Shown piece by piece: positions 1 to 14,500 of a stretch of DNA of 64,000 bases; positions within the stretch are counted from its first letter, which is position 1; every line of letters starts with the position of its first letter. The notes under the pieces are model-generated. The model did no database searches. It worked only from the letters and a program-made list of their open reading frames with translations, and was not told the origin of the DNA. The stretch is from Zygnema circumcarinatum SAG 698-1b (Eukaryota > Plantae > Zygnematophyceae), in contig CM074818.1 of NCBI GenBank assembly GCA_037447605.1, positions 1,562,617 through 1,626,616 on the forward strand, given 5' to 3'. The translations under genes and the position numbers were made by a program.

Positions 1-3000
1 GTAAGTTAAGGCGAGCAATGGCATCTTGATGTTCGAGTCGGGCCACCAACAGAGGGGTCAACCCTGACACTGCCAATGCTGCATTCAAACGAACAGATTT
101 TCTGCACATGTGCAAAGCAAACAGCCCGACGAGTTAACACAAAAACCCCAACTTCCACTCCCCACCCTTCTTCCATCAATCACATACAACCGTCTCTGCA
201 AAGACCACTCTCTTGCAGTGCAGGACAAGCTTCACTCACGTCATCATCTTCAGAAAGGGCTCGAGAATATGGACAAAGGTGGGGCCGGAGCAGGATTGGA
301 AGTAGGCGACCAAACGGTCCAAAGAGTCTCTCCTTAGCAGCAACTGCTCCACTCTCCTCTGCTCGCTATCATGGGCGAGACAAACCGCAAGGGAGTCCAA
401 AGCAGTGGGAGCCCAAAAGCTATCTTTCAAAAGGACAAGGTAGAGCTCAATGGCGCCATGCATTCTCAGCTGCTCCCTTGTGATTCTTGTCGCGTGGGCC
501 ATATCGCAAAGGAGAGGGAGAGCAAACTGGTTAAGGGACGATTCGGAGGTGATGATTTGGACTAAGTGGGAGACAATGCCGGCTTCGGCAGCAAGCTCTT
601 GCCTCCGCTTGTTCACCTTGCAGAGGTTGTACAATGAACTGAGAACCTGAAACTCACCAACATTCACACAGAGCAGCAATTACATAACCGCTTCACTGCC
701 GAACCCGAAGACCCAGAAACGTCTGCACCACCTTGCTGTCCATTGGAGCGTTGACCCTCCCTCTCCTCCCTCCCCTCCCTCCCCTCCCTCCCCTCCCTCC
801 CCTCCCTCCCTCCCTCCCCTCACTCCCCTACCTCCCCTCCCTCCCCTCCCTCCCCTCCCTCCCCNNNNNNNNNNCCTCCCTCCCTCCCTCTCTCTATCAC
901 TCTTCGTCTCTCTACCCTCTGCATGGGGATGAGGAAGTTGGGAGAACCCACCTGCTTGTGTATCTCTGCCAAATGCTGTCCTCCGTGTCTCTCAAGGAAA
1001 GGCACAAGGTTCTCTATGGCTTCAGCGCGTTGTAACGGCTCTAAACAGTGAGGGTCCGAGCTCAGCTGTCGGATGCAACGGAGCACCTGCAGATGAAGGC
1101 AAAACCAATTCTTCAACCGCTGCCAAAACTGTGCGTAACAAATTTCGATTTGAAACAAATCAAACAGCAAGTGCACCATTTGGGCCAGTTGTGAGTTTCT
1201 CCTTTCATTCTCTTGCTTTTTTATCCCTCTCCTCTCCGTCCTCGCTCTCACTTCGCCTCTCCTTCCTCTACTCCCTCACCCCACTCTCCCTCACTCTCCC
1301 TCTCTCCCCTTGTCCCCACCCCTCCCTTAATGTGCTTTGCAGTCGTCAGGCTGATCTCTTCCAATTCTGATCAAATCAGTACAACATGATAGTCCAATTC
1401 AACTCGCACACCACTTAACGAGCCCAAAAGTAAGATCTTCATGCTTTCGCACACACCTTCACAAGGACCGCCGCATCTAAATGGTCAAGCAGGTCCAACA
1501 GCCGTCTGAGTATGCTCTGACTGCAAAATTGGTCCTTCACATAATCATCTCCTCTAGCCATTTCCACCAGCACTCCTGCTGCCATACTTAGATAGAGATT
1601 CTCCTCATTTGGGTTGCCAGAAGCCCTCCTTGAAGACGACATACTGTTCGGTCTGCTGTTCCTTTCCAGCCCTGCACTCGAAGAACTGGAAGTGCTGGCT
1701 ACCGTACAGTTTCCAGACTTGCTTCTGATCAATCTTCGGCCGGCAGCACTACCTCTCCCTCCACTCCCTCTGGAGGAGTGACCTTCCATGGACCCATTTT
1801 CTCGCATTTCAAGGCCACCTCGGAGAGGAAGATGAGAGTTGCTTCCTGCACAAGCAATAAACTATCTCATCGCTGTTACAGGAGGCTGTGGAGATCTCCA
1901 GAATAAGAGAAGAGCTGTGCACTTTGTGTGAGGTTTGCATCAGTTTTACTGCAGGAGAGGAAACTGAAACACGATGGGAGAGATGACCGAAGAAGTTGCT
2001 GTGAATAGAAGGTACAGTTGAGAGAACACTGACGAGATAATATACCAAGGGTAAAAAATGTAAGCTTTAGGAAGCCAAGCGAATACAAGTCGACTGTTTT
2101 CTCACCCGTCGGATGTGGTCCATTGCTAGCATCAAAATCAGAGTCCATTGCCATTTCCGGCCAATGTCTCCACCGATTGGGAGGTGTGAGAGAGCCATGC
2201 TCTTGTTCGTGCCGCCATGCTGCCATGCTATGCATCACATTCACAAGCCGCAATAATATGCCACTTTTTGCAAAGGTCCGGCAAAAGTCGTTCCGCATTG
2301 TTGGGCCTTGAAAGTCCAAAACACGCACTATACAATCAATAGCCATGTAGACAAGCTCCCTGCAATCAACCACCCCCAAGTAAGCTTCAAAAAAAAAAGC
2401 CCAAATTCTAGACCTCTGCTGCTTACTGCATGGGCTCAGTGGGTCCATATTGAGCCGTTTCCTGCTCTTATCTCTCCTCCCACAAAACCTTGCCACGCAT
2501 ACACGTTTTTTTTTTTTTTTTTAGGAGCTTTTCCTGAGCAATCAGCAATTTCAAAAGGAAGCATGAAAGGGCCTTTTCGGATCGTACCTATATTTGACAA
2601 AGTCGGGCTCCAAGAAGCCCACCAAAACCGGTAATCCTCGGCACGAAATTAGCATTTGAAGAGTAAGCGGGCTGAAAGCCAAAAAGAATCCCCAACAATC
2701 CCAAATTCAAAGAAGGTGAAACTAAGGGCAAGGTTTGCTGCTAAGCTAACAAGTCCTCAATTCAAAACAAACCTCAAACTTCCTCATGTTGAACGACCTA
2801 ATGTGAAGAAAAGTCACCTGTTCTGACAAATCTGATGCGCAAATTGGGCCACTTGTAATCGCAGGTCCAGTCTTGATCGTTCGGCGGATGCGAATCCAAG
2901 CACAGTCGGAATCTGCAAAAGCAAAAGCATGCTCTTGTTCAACACTTCAGAAGAGTTAGTAATAGACATCACAAGATTACATGAAAGTCCTATTCTTCAC

Positions 3001-5356
3001 CAGGAAATGTTTACGATGGGCAACTCTACGACACCAAACCTAGGTACATATGAGCATTTTCCAAAGAAAAAAATCGTTTCATTTGCAGAAAAGAACATCT
3101 CATCATACAGACAGAAGTGCGAGCCTGACTTTAAATGACTGGATAAATGTTCGACCAGAAAAAGGATGCCCAGTTAGAGGCATGACAGTCCAGTAAAAAA
3201 AAAAAAATTGAACATAGGAATAGCCAACGGCAATTACAAAGCCTTATAGCTCTTAAGCAGCTATGCAAGCTCCCTTAGAAACGTGTCACACATGGAGCGA
3301 ATCATGAAAAGAAAATTCCGCCCCATATCCACTGTAGGCTTGCCCTCATTCCGGAAACTCACCAGCCCAAGCAAGCAGAGCTTTTCTTGCATTTCAACGT
3401 TCCCCACCATGATCTGATTTATGAGCATCAGCACTGCTACAAGGACCTGCAGCAACCCCCCATTCTCTACTCCCTAGTCAGCCTCGCCTGCAAAACCACC
3501 AATCTCAACATGACTGTGAAAATGTTCACACAAATCAGCACATGAGTATGCTCCAAACAATATTGAACTGACTGGTTGTTCGATATAAAGGAGCAGTTAA
3601 AAACCTTCTGATTGGAATTCTCTCCCTCCAGCATCTCCGTCAGAGCTGTTGTTCCATGCTGCAGTAAAAGCTGTTCCTTCTGTTCCGGTTCCGCCCTTAA
3701 GTGTTCCGAAAGCTGATGACAAGCTTGCAGCACATCTTCGTCGGACCTCTGAACCCTCAGCTCAAGAAGGAGGCGAACCAATTCCGTAGACTGCACATGC
3801 TCCATAAACCCACAATCAAAAAAGTCCTCCTTCAGCTACACATTAGGAGAAACAATCCAAACAAGACAATTTTCGTTTGTCCAAGCAATGGTGTGGTAGT
3901 GAGCAAGGCAATGTAGAGGTTGGTTTAGTTTTGGGGTTTGAAGAGAGGCAAGGTTTTCTTCGGAGCAGCTATCCTCACCTGCCGACCTCGAGAATCTCTT
4001 CCCATGAAAGGAGCGTCCACTCCCTGCATGTCCCTCCCTCTCAGAGTTACAGAATGAGAAACTGAGGGTCCATTTGTGAACTTAATTTCTTTCGAACGAA
4101 GTACTGGACTAAGCTTTGTATGGATATGAATTGCAGGGCGGATGCTACTGAAATGCAAAATTCTCTCATGCATGATGAGAATGATGGAGAAGAGACAAAC
4201 CCAGCTATGACAATTCTACATCAGTACCTCTGTTAGTTAGTAGCAATTGATCAGGAATATTTGTATTACAGTAAAAAAGATACTAAGGTATAAGGCCGCA
4301 CATGTAGCATAAGCACCTTGGACTTGGGCCATGTACCGATTGCGTAAGTCTATATATACATAAAGTGTAACTGAGTGCGTCTGAGATATGAAACCAATGT
4401 TGCTTTGGAATGCAGATCTTTCGTGATTTGAAAAGCTACGATGTCTACTACACTAACTTAATATACTTGACGACAACATGTTCAGAGATTTCTTCAGTTA
4501 GCACCATAGAACGCGTCAGCAGAGTATTGAGTATGAGAGGATACTATGGTAAACGACACAAAGTTAGAAAGAGACATTGGAGTAGCAGGCAAGTGAAAAC
4601 AAACAACAGCATGTCATTGACGTGCATCTGAAAGCTCAAAATCGCAGCAAGAACTCCATAACCAAGACCGTACATTCATGATCCCCAAAGCTTCACAACT
4701 CGACAGAATCGTGAAATGGACGAGAATTCAACCCACCATCATTGCCTGCGATTCTGCAATAGCCGCATCCAAGACCTGGCTAGAAGCACCGCCATCTAGT
4801 GACACCGCACGCTCAAGCCTGCCACGTGTCGCTCTCCCATTGGATCCAAAACTCCCTAAAGGTCGAGGTGGCACTTCCCTATTGCCCGGCGGCTCCTCTA
4901 CAGGAGCAGCATCCACTATATCGGCTAAAACTGCATCAGCATAGTCCATTGAATGCTTTCTAGAAGACTTTCTCCCCGGTACATTCATCGATCGGGTCCC
5001 CTGCCAAACAATCCGACTATATAAGTCCGTAGTTTTCTCGGCTGAGGAATGAGAGTAGCATGCTAAGTTCACTGGGCATTATGAAAGTGAGACAAGACTT
5101 GAAAACATGGATAGGGGGGGTAAGGGGAGGGGAGGGAGGGGGGAGAGAGGTTAAGAGAGGGGGAAGGGGGAGGGAGGGGGAGGGAGGGGGGCAGAGAGAC
5201 AAAGAGATAGTGAAAGAGTGGGAGAGAGAGACAGGTGTTGGAGGGGGAGGATGAGGGGGAGAAAGAGGAAAAGATAGAGAGAGGGCGAGAGAGAGAGAAA
5301 GAGAGAGAGAGAGGGGGAGAGGACGAGAGAGGGAGAGAGGGAGAGAGAGAGAGAGG

Positions 5357-5410
<54 letters not shown>

Positions 5411-8400
5411 AGACATTGGAGGGTCTTGCCACATGACTAACCTTGACTTGCTTCTCGACAAAAACTTGATTTTTTTTCCGCGGTGTTGGGCCAGTCTCTC
5501 CTGGAAATTCCTCAATTCCTTGTCTGGAGGATACTGCCCCTCCATAGTCTCCCATTCGCTTATCAACAACAACTGCTTCGAGCTTCCCTCCATTAGGGAC
5601 CGGCCGTTCGGCAGAAGATGTAGCACGATATTTGCTCCCATTAGACGTCCAAGAAATCCCATTTGAGCCTCCCTCCAAAGTGGAATTTCGAGAGAGGTCC
5701 GGAGAACTGCGTGCTCCTACAACTGCTCCTCTCTCTGAATGCTGCTGAGAAGTAAAGGAATTTGTTTGAGAGCGAGGAGGGCGAGGAGCAGCATCATCAG
5801 AGTTTGCTCGACGATGAGAGGGAATCACTGCTCCATTAACTACCGGCTGCATGAATCTCGGGGTTTGTGTTTGTGACAAAGTAGCTCCCTTGTCTCCACT
5901 TGTCTCCAAAGCTCTCACTTCGTTTGCACTTGCACTCCTTTCCATGCTCCCGTCCTGCTCTCCTACCACTCCCCACCAATCACTTAGTGGGAACTTTCAC
6001 TTGGCGAGGAAAAGGGGACTCTTTCTAGTAAGCATTGTGCAGCTTCTGACTTGTATCGAGTGAGAGATAGCAGACTCAAGGCAATGACTTAGAACACACG
6101 ACATGAATGCAGGGGCAGAAAGAGAGAGGAGGGAGCCCACGTGAGTACTACTGCGAGTGAGTTCGGGTGTGACTGCCTTCTCCACTGAAGGCCTAATTAT
6201 CTCCGGACTGCCATTCAGCTCCGCATCTCCAATGGTCCTTTCCACCACTGTTGAGACATCCTCCGGGACATAGCTGCAGGTCTCAAAAACCCCATCATAA
6301 TTTCTTTTCAGAGGTTCTATGTGAGCGGTTATATGACCTTTCTCGACACAGGAGCTGAGATTGGTGCACTCTTAACAGCCTTCTTGGAGAGAAAAATGCA
6401 GAATAATAGGGCAGGGATACATTAACAAACGAGGAAGGAATGCAGACCATACCTAATGCGCCCACTTGATCTCACAAGAGAAGATCGTATTGCCCGTCGG
6501 CTGTTACGAATCCATGGATGCCGAAGGAGAGAAGCTGCATCCGGCCTCTGCTTTGCATCCTGTATTGAGAAGAAGGGGCAGCTTCAGAAGATATTGGGAG
6601 AGGTCGCACTCTAACACCGCTAAACAGGAAAATGCAGCTAAAAGTAAAATAATACAACATCGCTGTCAGTTGAGAAGAAATTACTTTATGAAAACATTGA
6701 AGAAGGAAGTCGGTGAGGTCAGTTGAAAGGTCGTCTGGGAGAGGAGGGGTGCCATTCTGCGTAGACAAACGAATCGTTATTACTGCGTTCACAGTTCTAG
6801 AACAAGCGAGTAGAACGCAAAACTGAAAGAGACAAAGGCAACGTGATATGCTGCTGGTCAATATGATTTACGATGGCAATAGTGTATGTATGTCTGTCAT
6901 GCACACTCGACGAGTGAGTGGTTCAGCCTTTCGCCACCTGCACTATACGGAAGAGGGCAGACATGGGCTGCAGGTTGAAGTAGGGGGGGACACAGGTAAG
7001 CAGCTCAATGACTGTGCATCCAACACTCCATATGTCAGATGCCGCACTCACGCCCGACATCAATATAACCTGTGATAAATTCAACACATTCCGAATGTAA
7101 GATGGAAGTTCATCCTCACAGATGGGTGTGTCTGATTAAGTCATCGCAAGCTTTGAAGAAAAAAGATACAATCAACGTGCCCTCCCCCCACCCCCCACCC
7201 CCCTTTCCTTCAACACCTCCCCGCAAATGCGAGAGGGCAATAAACATGACCACCTGCATCACATGGAGGCCCAAGATTCCAGTAACCCAAAGCAGCATAC
7301 TTCGAGTGCAGAACTAATAGAAAACGAAACAATCATCGCCACAAAGCCACCAATACAATTGACCCAGCTAACTAAGATACTACCACCCAGCTGCGGGAAT
7401 AGCATAAAGATAAGATAGGCCCCATGCTCTTGAACATTGATTCTTGAACACATAGTTTAAGTGCCACAAGTGTGACTTCGCCTGCTTGCAAAGGATGAGG
7501 CAAAATGTACCTCAGGGGCCATCCAATAAGGTGTTCCCACAACATCAGGCGCATTCTCATCTGCTTCCGTCAGCTTCGTAGCTACTCCAAAGTCGGCCAG
7601 CTTCACTAGTCCCTGATGCACAGGAAGCCATGGAGGAAACAGAAGCAAAGATTTAACTTTGTTTCACTCAGTTGCCTAACCATCGTGTGCCAATCGCAGG
7701 GCAAAACGAGTGTCATGGAGAACTATCTATAATGTGTGTTCGAGAAGATTAACAACGTATTTGTTATATGACATAAGTGTAGCACGCGAGGCTTACAGGC
7801 GTATAACCTAAAACTACGTGCATGAACAGGATACGCAATACAGATCAATGGAATCCGCCAAAGATCCACAAATTGTCTATTTTGCATACAATAGATGTGG
7901 TTGAAAGCAAGACGTGCATTACAACCTTACTTCGACATAGCGGCTTGGAATGAAAGTACTTAAGCGTCTGTACAAGGTGATATGACTAGTGAATGATGGA
8001 TGAGGGCAAGGGTGAAGCCATTGCAGCACTTCTATGGCTCCGTAAAATGCTACCAGAAACAAGCTACAAATGATGTTACGTAAAACAGAAGCTTGTTCCA
8101 ATCAATTGTACCATCTGACGAAATGGTGACGAATACTGCACATTCTCAACTTTGAAACTGCTTCCCAAGCCGTGTTACAATTCTGGACTATTCTTATAGT
8201 GCTAATATGAAAGTCTGGAGAAATCAGAAGAACTGTTCGGAAGTCAACATCCCCACTCTAACCTATATTGCAGCTACAACTCGGTTCCCAATCCTTCCCG
8301 CGTGATCAAACTAACTCAGAACTCATGCATCATAAATGACTTATTATTGTTCGAGAGGTGAAATATTAGTACGTAAATGCCTTTCATATGCCGCATTGTA

Positions 8401-9539
8401 GTACTCAATAAGCACCAACTCGTTTAGAGAGTTATTTGGTCGATATTGTAGATGCTCTTCAGGCCCTCCTTGGACGGGCCCCTCTGAAGGTGTATGAAGC
8501 TTGTTTTTCAAAGCAAGGGATGGCAGAACACCCACTATCTTACAAACCCACCTCTTTAGTTGTCAAGATATTCGCCCCCTTGATGTCACGATGAATGACT
8601 CCCTGCTCGTGAAGATACACAAGGCCCTCCAGAACCTGAGCCGACCCCAGTGATGTAACTGCTTCAGCTCCTTCGCCAAATGCATGCGTAGCTTACTACA
8701 ATTCAGCCTTCTTGACGGTTTCCATCCTGCATTATATGCTAAAATCTTTACGTAAAGTAGCAGAAGCAATGTGTATCGGGCCAAACAGATGCTCAAGTTA
8801 AAAATATATCACATTTGCTGTGGTCAACAAACTTGTGAGCTTACATACACATAGATCCGACACTCATGGACTACTCTACCTGTGTGATGTAAATAGCCAC
8901 CAAAGATTCTGGGAAGGCTCCAAACTTGGTCGGTTTAATGATACTCGCAAGTGAACCGTTTTCGACAAACCTGAGCACTCGCTCGCCCATGCGCAAAACA
9001 TGGAAAAGTTTATACTCATAACAATATAAAGAAGAAAACGGCACAGCAGTACCTGGCGTTTCACCAAATGTAAGTTGCCTTTTTGAGTTTCACTCAATTC
9101 ACAACATTTAGTAAGTCTTGCAAGAGGAGGGTCTTGCACTTTTGTCATTAGCGGTAGAGGGAGGACATGGGTAGGCAGTTGGTCTCGTGGAAATAAGAGT
9201 ACTCACTCGAGAAAGATGTAGAGATGAGACTTTGTTTTGTATGAGCCCAAATATTTGACAATGTTTTTGTGGTTGAGGTTCTGCACGCCGATTGATTACA
9301 CAAGATGAAGGAGCTTCACATGCAAATGGTAAAGGACAGTGCCCAGCTCCAAAGGCGAAATTGCGGAGGGCCTGACACTATTTAAATATGTGCGCTTTGC
9401 AGTAATCTGACGTTCCACATTGAAATTCAAAGCATAGAGAGAGACAAGGAGAGAGGGAAGGGGAGAGGGGGAGAGGCAGATTCTAGTGCACGCGCGGGAG
9501 GATGCCCTTCTTCAAGTTTGGGGGGGAGGGGGGGAATAC

Positions 9540-9579
<40 letters not shown>

Positions 9580-10239
9580 CGAGGGAGGGGTGGGGGCAGG
9601 GGAAAGCGATGCACAATCCTGCAGAATACTGAGGACAGCCCAAAAACAAGGCATTTGGGACGGCGAGCTTGCCTTGAGAAGGTCAATCTCGGACTGCACA
9701 CAACAAGAGCAGGAGGCGACAAGTTAGGGCAACGCGCTCCACAACTACTCAACAACTCGCGCTTCTCCTTAAAGACATGCACCAGGCAATGCTGGAGCAG
9801 CAAAAAGAAGGATGTTTCATAAGACAGCTGTCACATTTGATCAGCCAGGCTACATTCCCTGCGGTCAGTCTAATTTTTATACCTCAGTGCATTGGTAGAG
9901 CTCTAAGAAGCCATACCATGATGTTGCTGAGGTCCCCCGGCGAGATGTTCTCCAGCGACACCTGCTTGATTGCCACAAAGTCGCCATTTTGCAAGTCGAC
10001 TCCCTTATACACGCGTCCATGGGCTCCCTTCCCGAGCTCTTCTCCTAAAAGCTGCACCAGCAACGCATATCCGACACCGTCTCTCAAATGCGAGCCTTAC
10101 ATCCCTCAACTCTCGCCCCTTCCATGCAAGCCATGCCCACAATCAAGGAATGCCGGGCGGTGTACGCGCAGACACTCACATATTTGTCATTCAATGTCTT
10201 CGATTTCTGGAAGTGCGAGGCTGCGACCTGGCGAGACAT
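1..10239 (-). CDS. MAP3KE: MAP3K epsilon (CDC15/Cdc7/SepH-like) protein kinase with C-terminal ARM repeats; multi-exon, 3' end off the window
   Basis: Exon 1 (10239-10180) [20 protein letters not shown], then [85 protein letters not shown], and ARM-region exons ([20 protein letters not shown]...[10 protein letters not shown]; [16 protein letters not shown] at the edge). Matches plant MAP3Ke as I recall it; exons are bounded by GT/GC..AG. Confidence 0.95.
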
Positions 10240-10247
10240 GTCACTGT

Positions 10248-10285
10248 AACCCTAATTCTAACCTAACCCTAATTCTAACCCTAAA
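10248..10285. repeat. Telomere-like (AACCCT/AATTCT) tract in the putative 5'UTR intron of MAP3Ke, directly upstream of the acceptor
   Basis: aaccctaattctaacctaaccctaattctaaccctaaaa; the minus strand reads ...TTAGGGTTACAG|TGACATG. Confidence 0.7.
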
Positions 10286-10760
10286 AAGAAGCCCTCATTG
10301 CAGGCCGAGCAGTGTGCAGGCCCCCTCCTGCAACTGCAGGCCACTCCTGCTGACCCTTCCAAGGCAAAAGCAAAAAAGAGACTCCCTCGGCGGACGCTGC
10401 GGACGCTGGTACCTTGCTGGTCCCGCAACGGGACGCGCCCCCTCATGAATGCGACCAACCCTGCCGTCGTATTTCCCATAGGGCAGTGGATCTCCACGCT
10501 GGCAGTGGATTCTTAGGATCAACGTGGGTAGATTTCTCCGCTCATTGGCTGGACGGCGCCATGCCGTCGGTTCCACTGGTCGGTGGATCCTGGATTCTGC
10601 CCTGCCGGCAGGCGGTTGGGCCTCGCGGCGGTTTGCCGGCAGGCGGGACAAGCACTCGAACGAGGGAGGGAGGGGCGGAGGAAAGTCTTCAAACCTTCAA
10701 ATTTCATTACCGTACCGTAATATTTTGTTCGTACTGTACTTTATGCTTTCAAACGTTGTT

Positions 10761-11078
10761 GGTCCTTTGGGACCAGTTCTTCGTGGTTTCCCATGTTGAC
10801 TTTGTCCATGTTGTACATTTGATGGCCTCGCCATCGTGAGACCAATGCCGCTTCCCACTTCTCAATGTTGTTTTTGGGAGGGCGAAAACGTGTGCGTTGC
10901 ATGGCTTAAGCCTGCTTTACCTTCTTGAAGAGTAAGAGATGTGGCATTGATCTCACGATGGTGAGGCCATCAAATGTACATGGACAACATCAGCATCGGG
11001 AGCCACGAGGAACTGGTCGCTAAGGAGGACAAAAGGAGAAAGCTAGAGCGGAAAGCTACGCCTCAGATCAACAACGCA
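10761..11078. mobile_element. Inverted pair of the dispersed ~180-bp repeat family (forward copy 10761-10855, reverse copy 10939-11078, ~83-bp spacer)
   Basis: GGTCCTTTGGGACCAGTTCTTCGTGG...GATGGCCTCGCCATCGTGAGACCAATGCCGCTTCC, followed by its reverse complement GTGGCATTGATCTCACGATGGTGAGGCCATCAAATGTACATGGAC...CCACGAGGAACTGGTCGC. Confidence 0.8.
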
Positions 11079-11577
11079 GGAACGTTCGTGATACTCCACT
11101 TTGAGATTGAGCAGGTTCTTGCCTCCTCCATCGCCTCGGCCGCCTCCAAAGGCACCCTAAATGCTCGGCCTACGATAGCCAATGCTGACCAATGCTGACG
11201 GTTCAAGTTGTTGGTTGGTTAGTCGGTTAGTTAGTTGGTTTGTTTGTAGATTCCCTTCGGGCTTGGTTGTCATTTTGAAGTCATTAGTTAGGAGTGATCC
11301 CTCCTACAAGGAGGCACAGGGCGAGGAACCGTCTGCATGTACTGTAGTCGATTTACTGACTACTTTCAAGCAGAGTTTAACTGTTATCTGATCATTACCA
11401 ATACCGTCCATATAAACATTCGAAAGTTTACATTTTTATTCCTCTGCTACTTCATAGTTTCGCACATACAAACAATGTCCCACCATTCACCGTAAGAAAG
11501 AATGACCGTACGTACATCGCATTTCTTGCCCTGCATTGTGCCACCTGTTCCACTAAAGCATCCGAGAAGGTCAGCCT

Positions 11578-14500
11578 CTACACAGCGGCGGCTTTCTGAG
11601 CACTTCGCAAGGCGTCCATTGCCTTCGCCGGTTGGTTTCCATGGAGCAAACTGGTGCCGTCAAATCGACGATAAAGGCCTCGGAACGCATCGTCTTGACA
11701 TGCAGACCGGAGTAGCTGGAGATCGATCTGCGAACGGGAAAACAAAGACAGATACTCTCACATAAGGGCGCTCACTTCCTCAATACTTTCTCTCTCCCTC
11801 TCTCCTCTTTCCTTTTCTCCGTTCTCTTCACTCCTCTACTCTCTCCCGTCTCACTCTTTCCCACCTCGTTCTCTCCCCTTACTCTTCCCCTCTCTTCCCT
11901 CCCCATCTTCACTCCCCCACTCCTCTCTCTCTCTCCTCTTTCTCGAGCATGTGGTTTAATCCGATACAACGCGTAGAGGGGAGAGAGAGAGAGAGAGGAT
12001 GAGGGGACAAAGAGAGGGGACGGGAAAGGGGAGAGAAAGTGACGGGCAAGAGAGAGAGTGCAGTGCATGCACTGCACTGCACTGCATTGCTCTACTATCC
12101 CCCACTCTGCTCTGCTCTCCTACGCCCTCCCCCCCTTCCCTTCTCCCCTCCTCTTCTCTACCTCCTCTCCCTCTCTTTTTGCCCTCTCTCTCTCTCTGGC
12201 GCTTTTTTTCTCTCTCTCTCTCTCTCTCCCTCCCTTCTCTTCCTCTTTTCAGCTTTGAGAAAGTCGTCCGCTTTCGTATAGTAGTCTACAGATACTCTCA
12301 AACAACAGGGATAGTTAGGAACCTCGGGAACCGATGGTGCCCGAAGGCGAAGATCACATCGGTGCACGTGAAGCGCTGTCATGGCTCTCCCGCTCACCTG
12401 AACTCCAATGTCCCCATGGATTGTATTGAACTTGCTTAATTGTTCAACCAAGCACCAATCATACCTACCAGGCTACATAAGCCATACACATTGTTAAGTT
12501 GAAACGATTCTTCTGATATGCATAATTTGGTGTATGTAGACCCTATCGCACTCATCCATATCACCTGCTTACTTCAAAAACTGCGACCCCATGTTCAACC
12601 CATTCCGCTTGCAGAGTTTGCTACTGTCCGAATTCCGTAAATACAGCAGTACCATACATCTTACATTTGGCATTTCAAGAGTGGAGTTCTTTAAACTGAC
12701 CGAGGAGAGCATCTGCAGAAAAGCCTCTGGGCGGAGGGTGCCCTCCATGCAGTCCTGCACGCCCGTGAAGCGCAGCGCCACCACGTCCTCCTCCGGACGG
12801 GGGCGGCTCCCCGCCACGGCTGCCGGCCAGGGGCCGCGGTGGACAGAGGCTTCTAGAAGCCTCTTTCGCAAATCCACCTTCTGCTAAGCGTTATGTGTGT
12901 GTGAGGGAGGGAGAGGGAGGGAGGGAGNNNNNNNNNNGAGGGAGGGAGGGAGAGGGGGAGAGGGGGAGGGAGGGAGGGAGGGAGGGAGGGAGGGACGGAC
13001 GGACGAAGGGAGAGAGGGATACCACTCGTTCTACAGGCGGCAAAACAATTAGGGCAGGCGAGAATTTGGAGCGGGGGTTGTCGAGCAAACGAATAGGAAG
13101 CATTATGAACAATGGAAATGATGAGACAGAATGAAAGTGTGTAAGAAACAGAGAGGTACGCGCTACATGGGTTGACGTGCCTTTTCCTTCTTTTTGTTGT
13201 GGCTGCTCATGAGGGCCTCAAACGCGGTAAGATGGAGAACATCTTGGACCCAGTTCTCAGCCTCTTCAGCCGAGACCCTCTCGCCCTCCACTCTCACTGC
13301 CACAAGATACTCCGCTGCATAAAGCAGCTGCACCAACGTACAGACAAGGAATAGCGAAGCCTATCTGTCAAGGTGACATCTTGCAGTTTCGACTCCAGCT
13401 TCACGAATAGAGACCCAAATTTCTACAGCATCTACAGCAGGCAGAACGTGACGTTTCAGATGATAGGACGGAGGAGGAGAGGGAATGAGGGAGGGGGAGG
13501 AGGGGGGGGGGGGCGACGTCTAGCGGGAGATGGAAGGGAAGAGGCGTAGAGGGAAAGTTTGCATTCCAAACCTTAGAAAGTGATTCAGTCATTCGACCAT
13601 CGGCTCGTCGAAGGCGAACGTTCTCCAGCTTCTCAATGGAGATTTCAGAAGGAAGCTGCGGAGTTCAACACCGCCAAACATGGTTGTGAGCGACAACAAG
13701 TAGTAGATGATAATAGCACGCCCTTCACAGGTAGCAGAGATGACATGTAGAGCCCCTCTAAATGTTTCTTCTGCGTTAGAGCGTTTGTAAAGTTTAAGGT
13801 AGTTTAGGGCATGGAAAGGTCAAAAAAGTGCAACACCTGCTCAGCCAGGCGGCTGCGAAAGGAGGGCAATGAGATGGGCAGAGTGAGGTCGATGTCCACC
13901 AACTGCATTCATTTCAGGAGAAACGCAGAGAAAGCATATGATTCGATAAAAAATGAGAGGTACGTTAACTGCAAGTGAATACCCTCTCGAGTTTTAAACA
14001 GCCGGAAAACAATACATACAAATGGAACGTGGACATAGCTTTCTCGCTTAAAGCCCACTCCAATTGAGGCCCTTATTCATCTTGTTTAGACTTTTTTGTT
14101 TAAAAAAGTCAATTGCTACCTCACACGAGCTGGTGTAGCCGAGAGGTAGAGGTTGAGCGCTTGAAATTCGCGGTAGCGAGTGGAAGCTGTAGAGCGGTAT
14201 TCCCACAGATGCCACAAGTACAGGGCGATCCAAATCAAGGCATTTTTGGTGGCTCAAAGGGACTAAGAAAAAGAAGAAGAAGAAGACGAAGACGAATCAA
14301 GAATCTCAGGAGTATCGTTTCATTCACTCTCCCCCCACCCCCCCTCCCTCCTCTCCTCTTGTTTCTATCTTTTCCCCATTCCCCCTTTTGTTTGGTCCGG
14401 CTTCCTACCCCTGATCGTAGCTCACAGGGAGAGCTGCCCGTCGAAGCGCTCTGTCTATAAGCCTCATCATGTCCAGGTGGCCAATCAGAGCCATGCTCCC

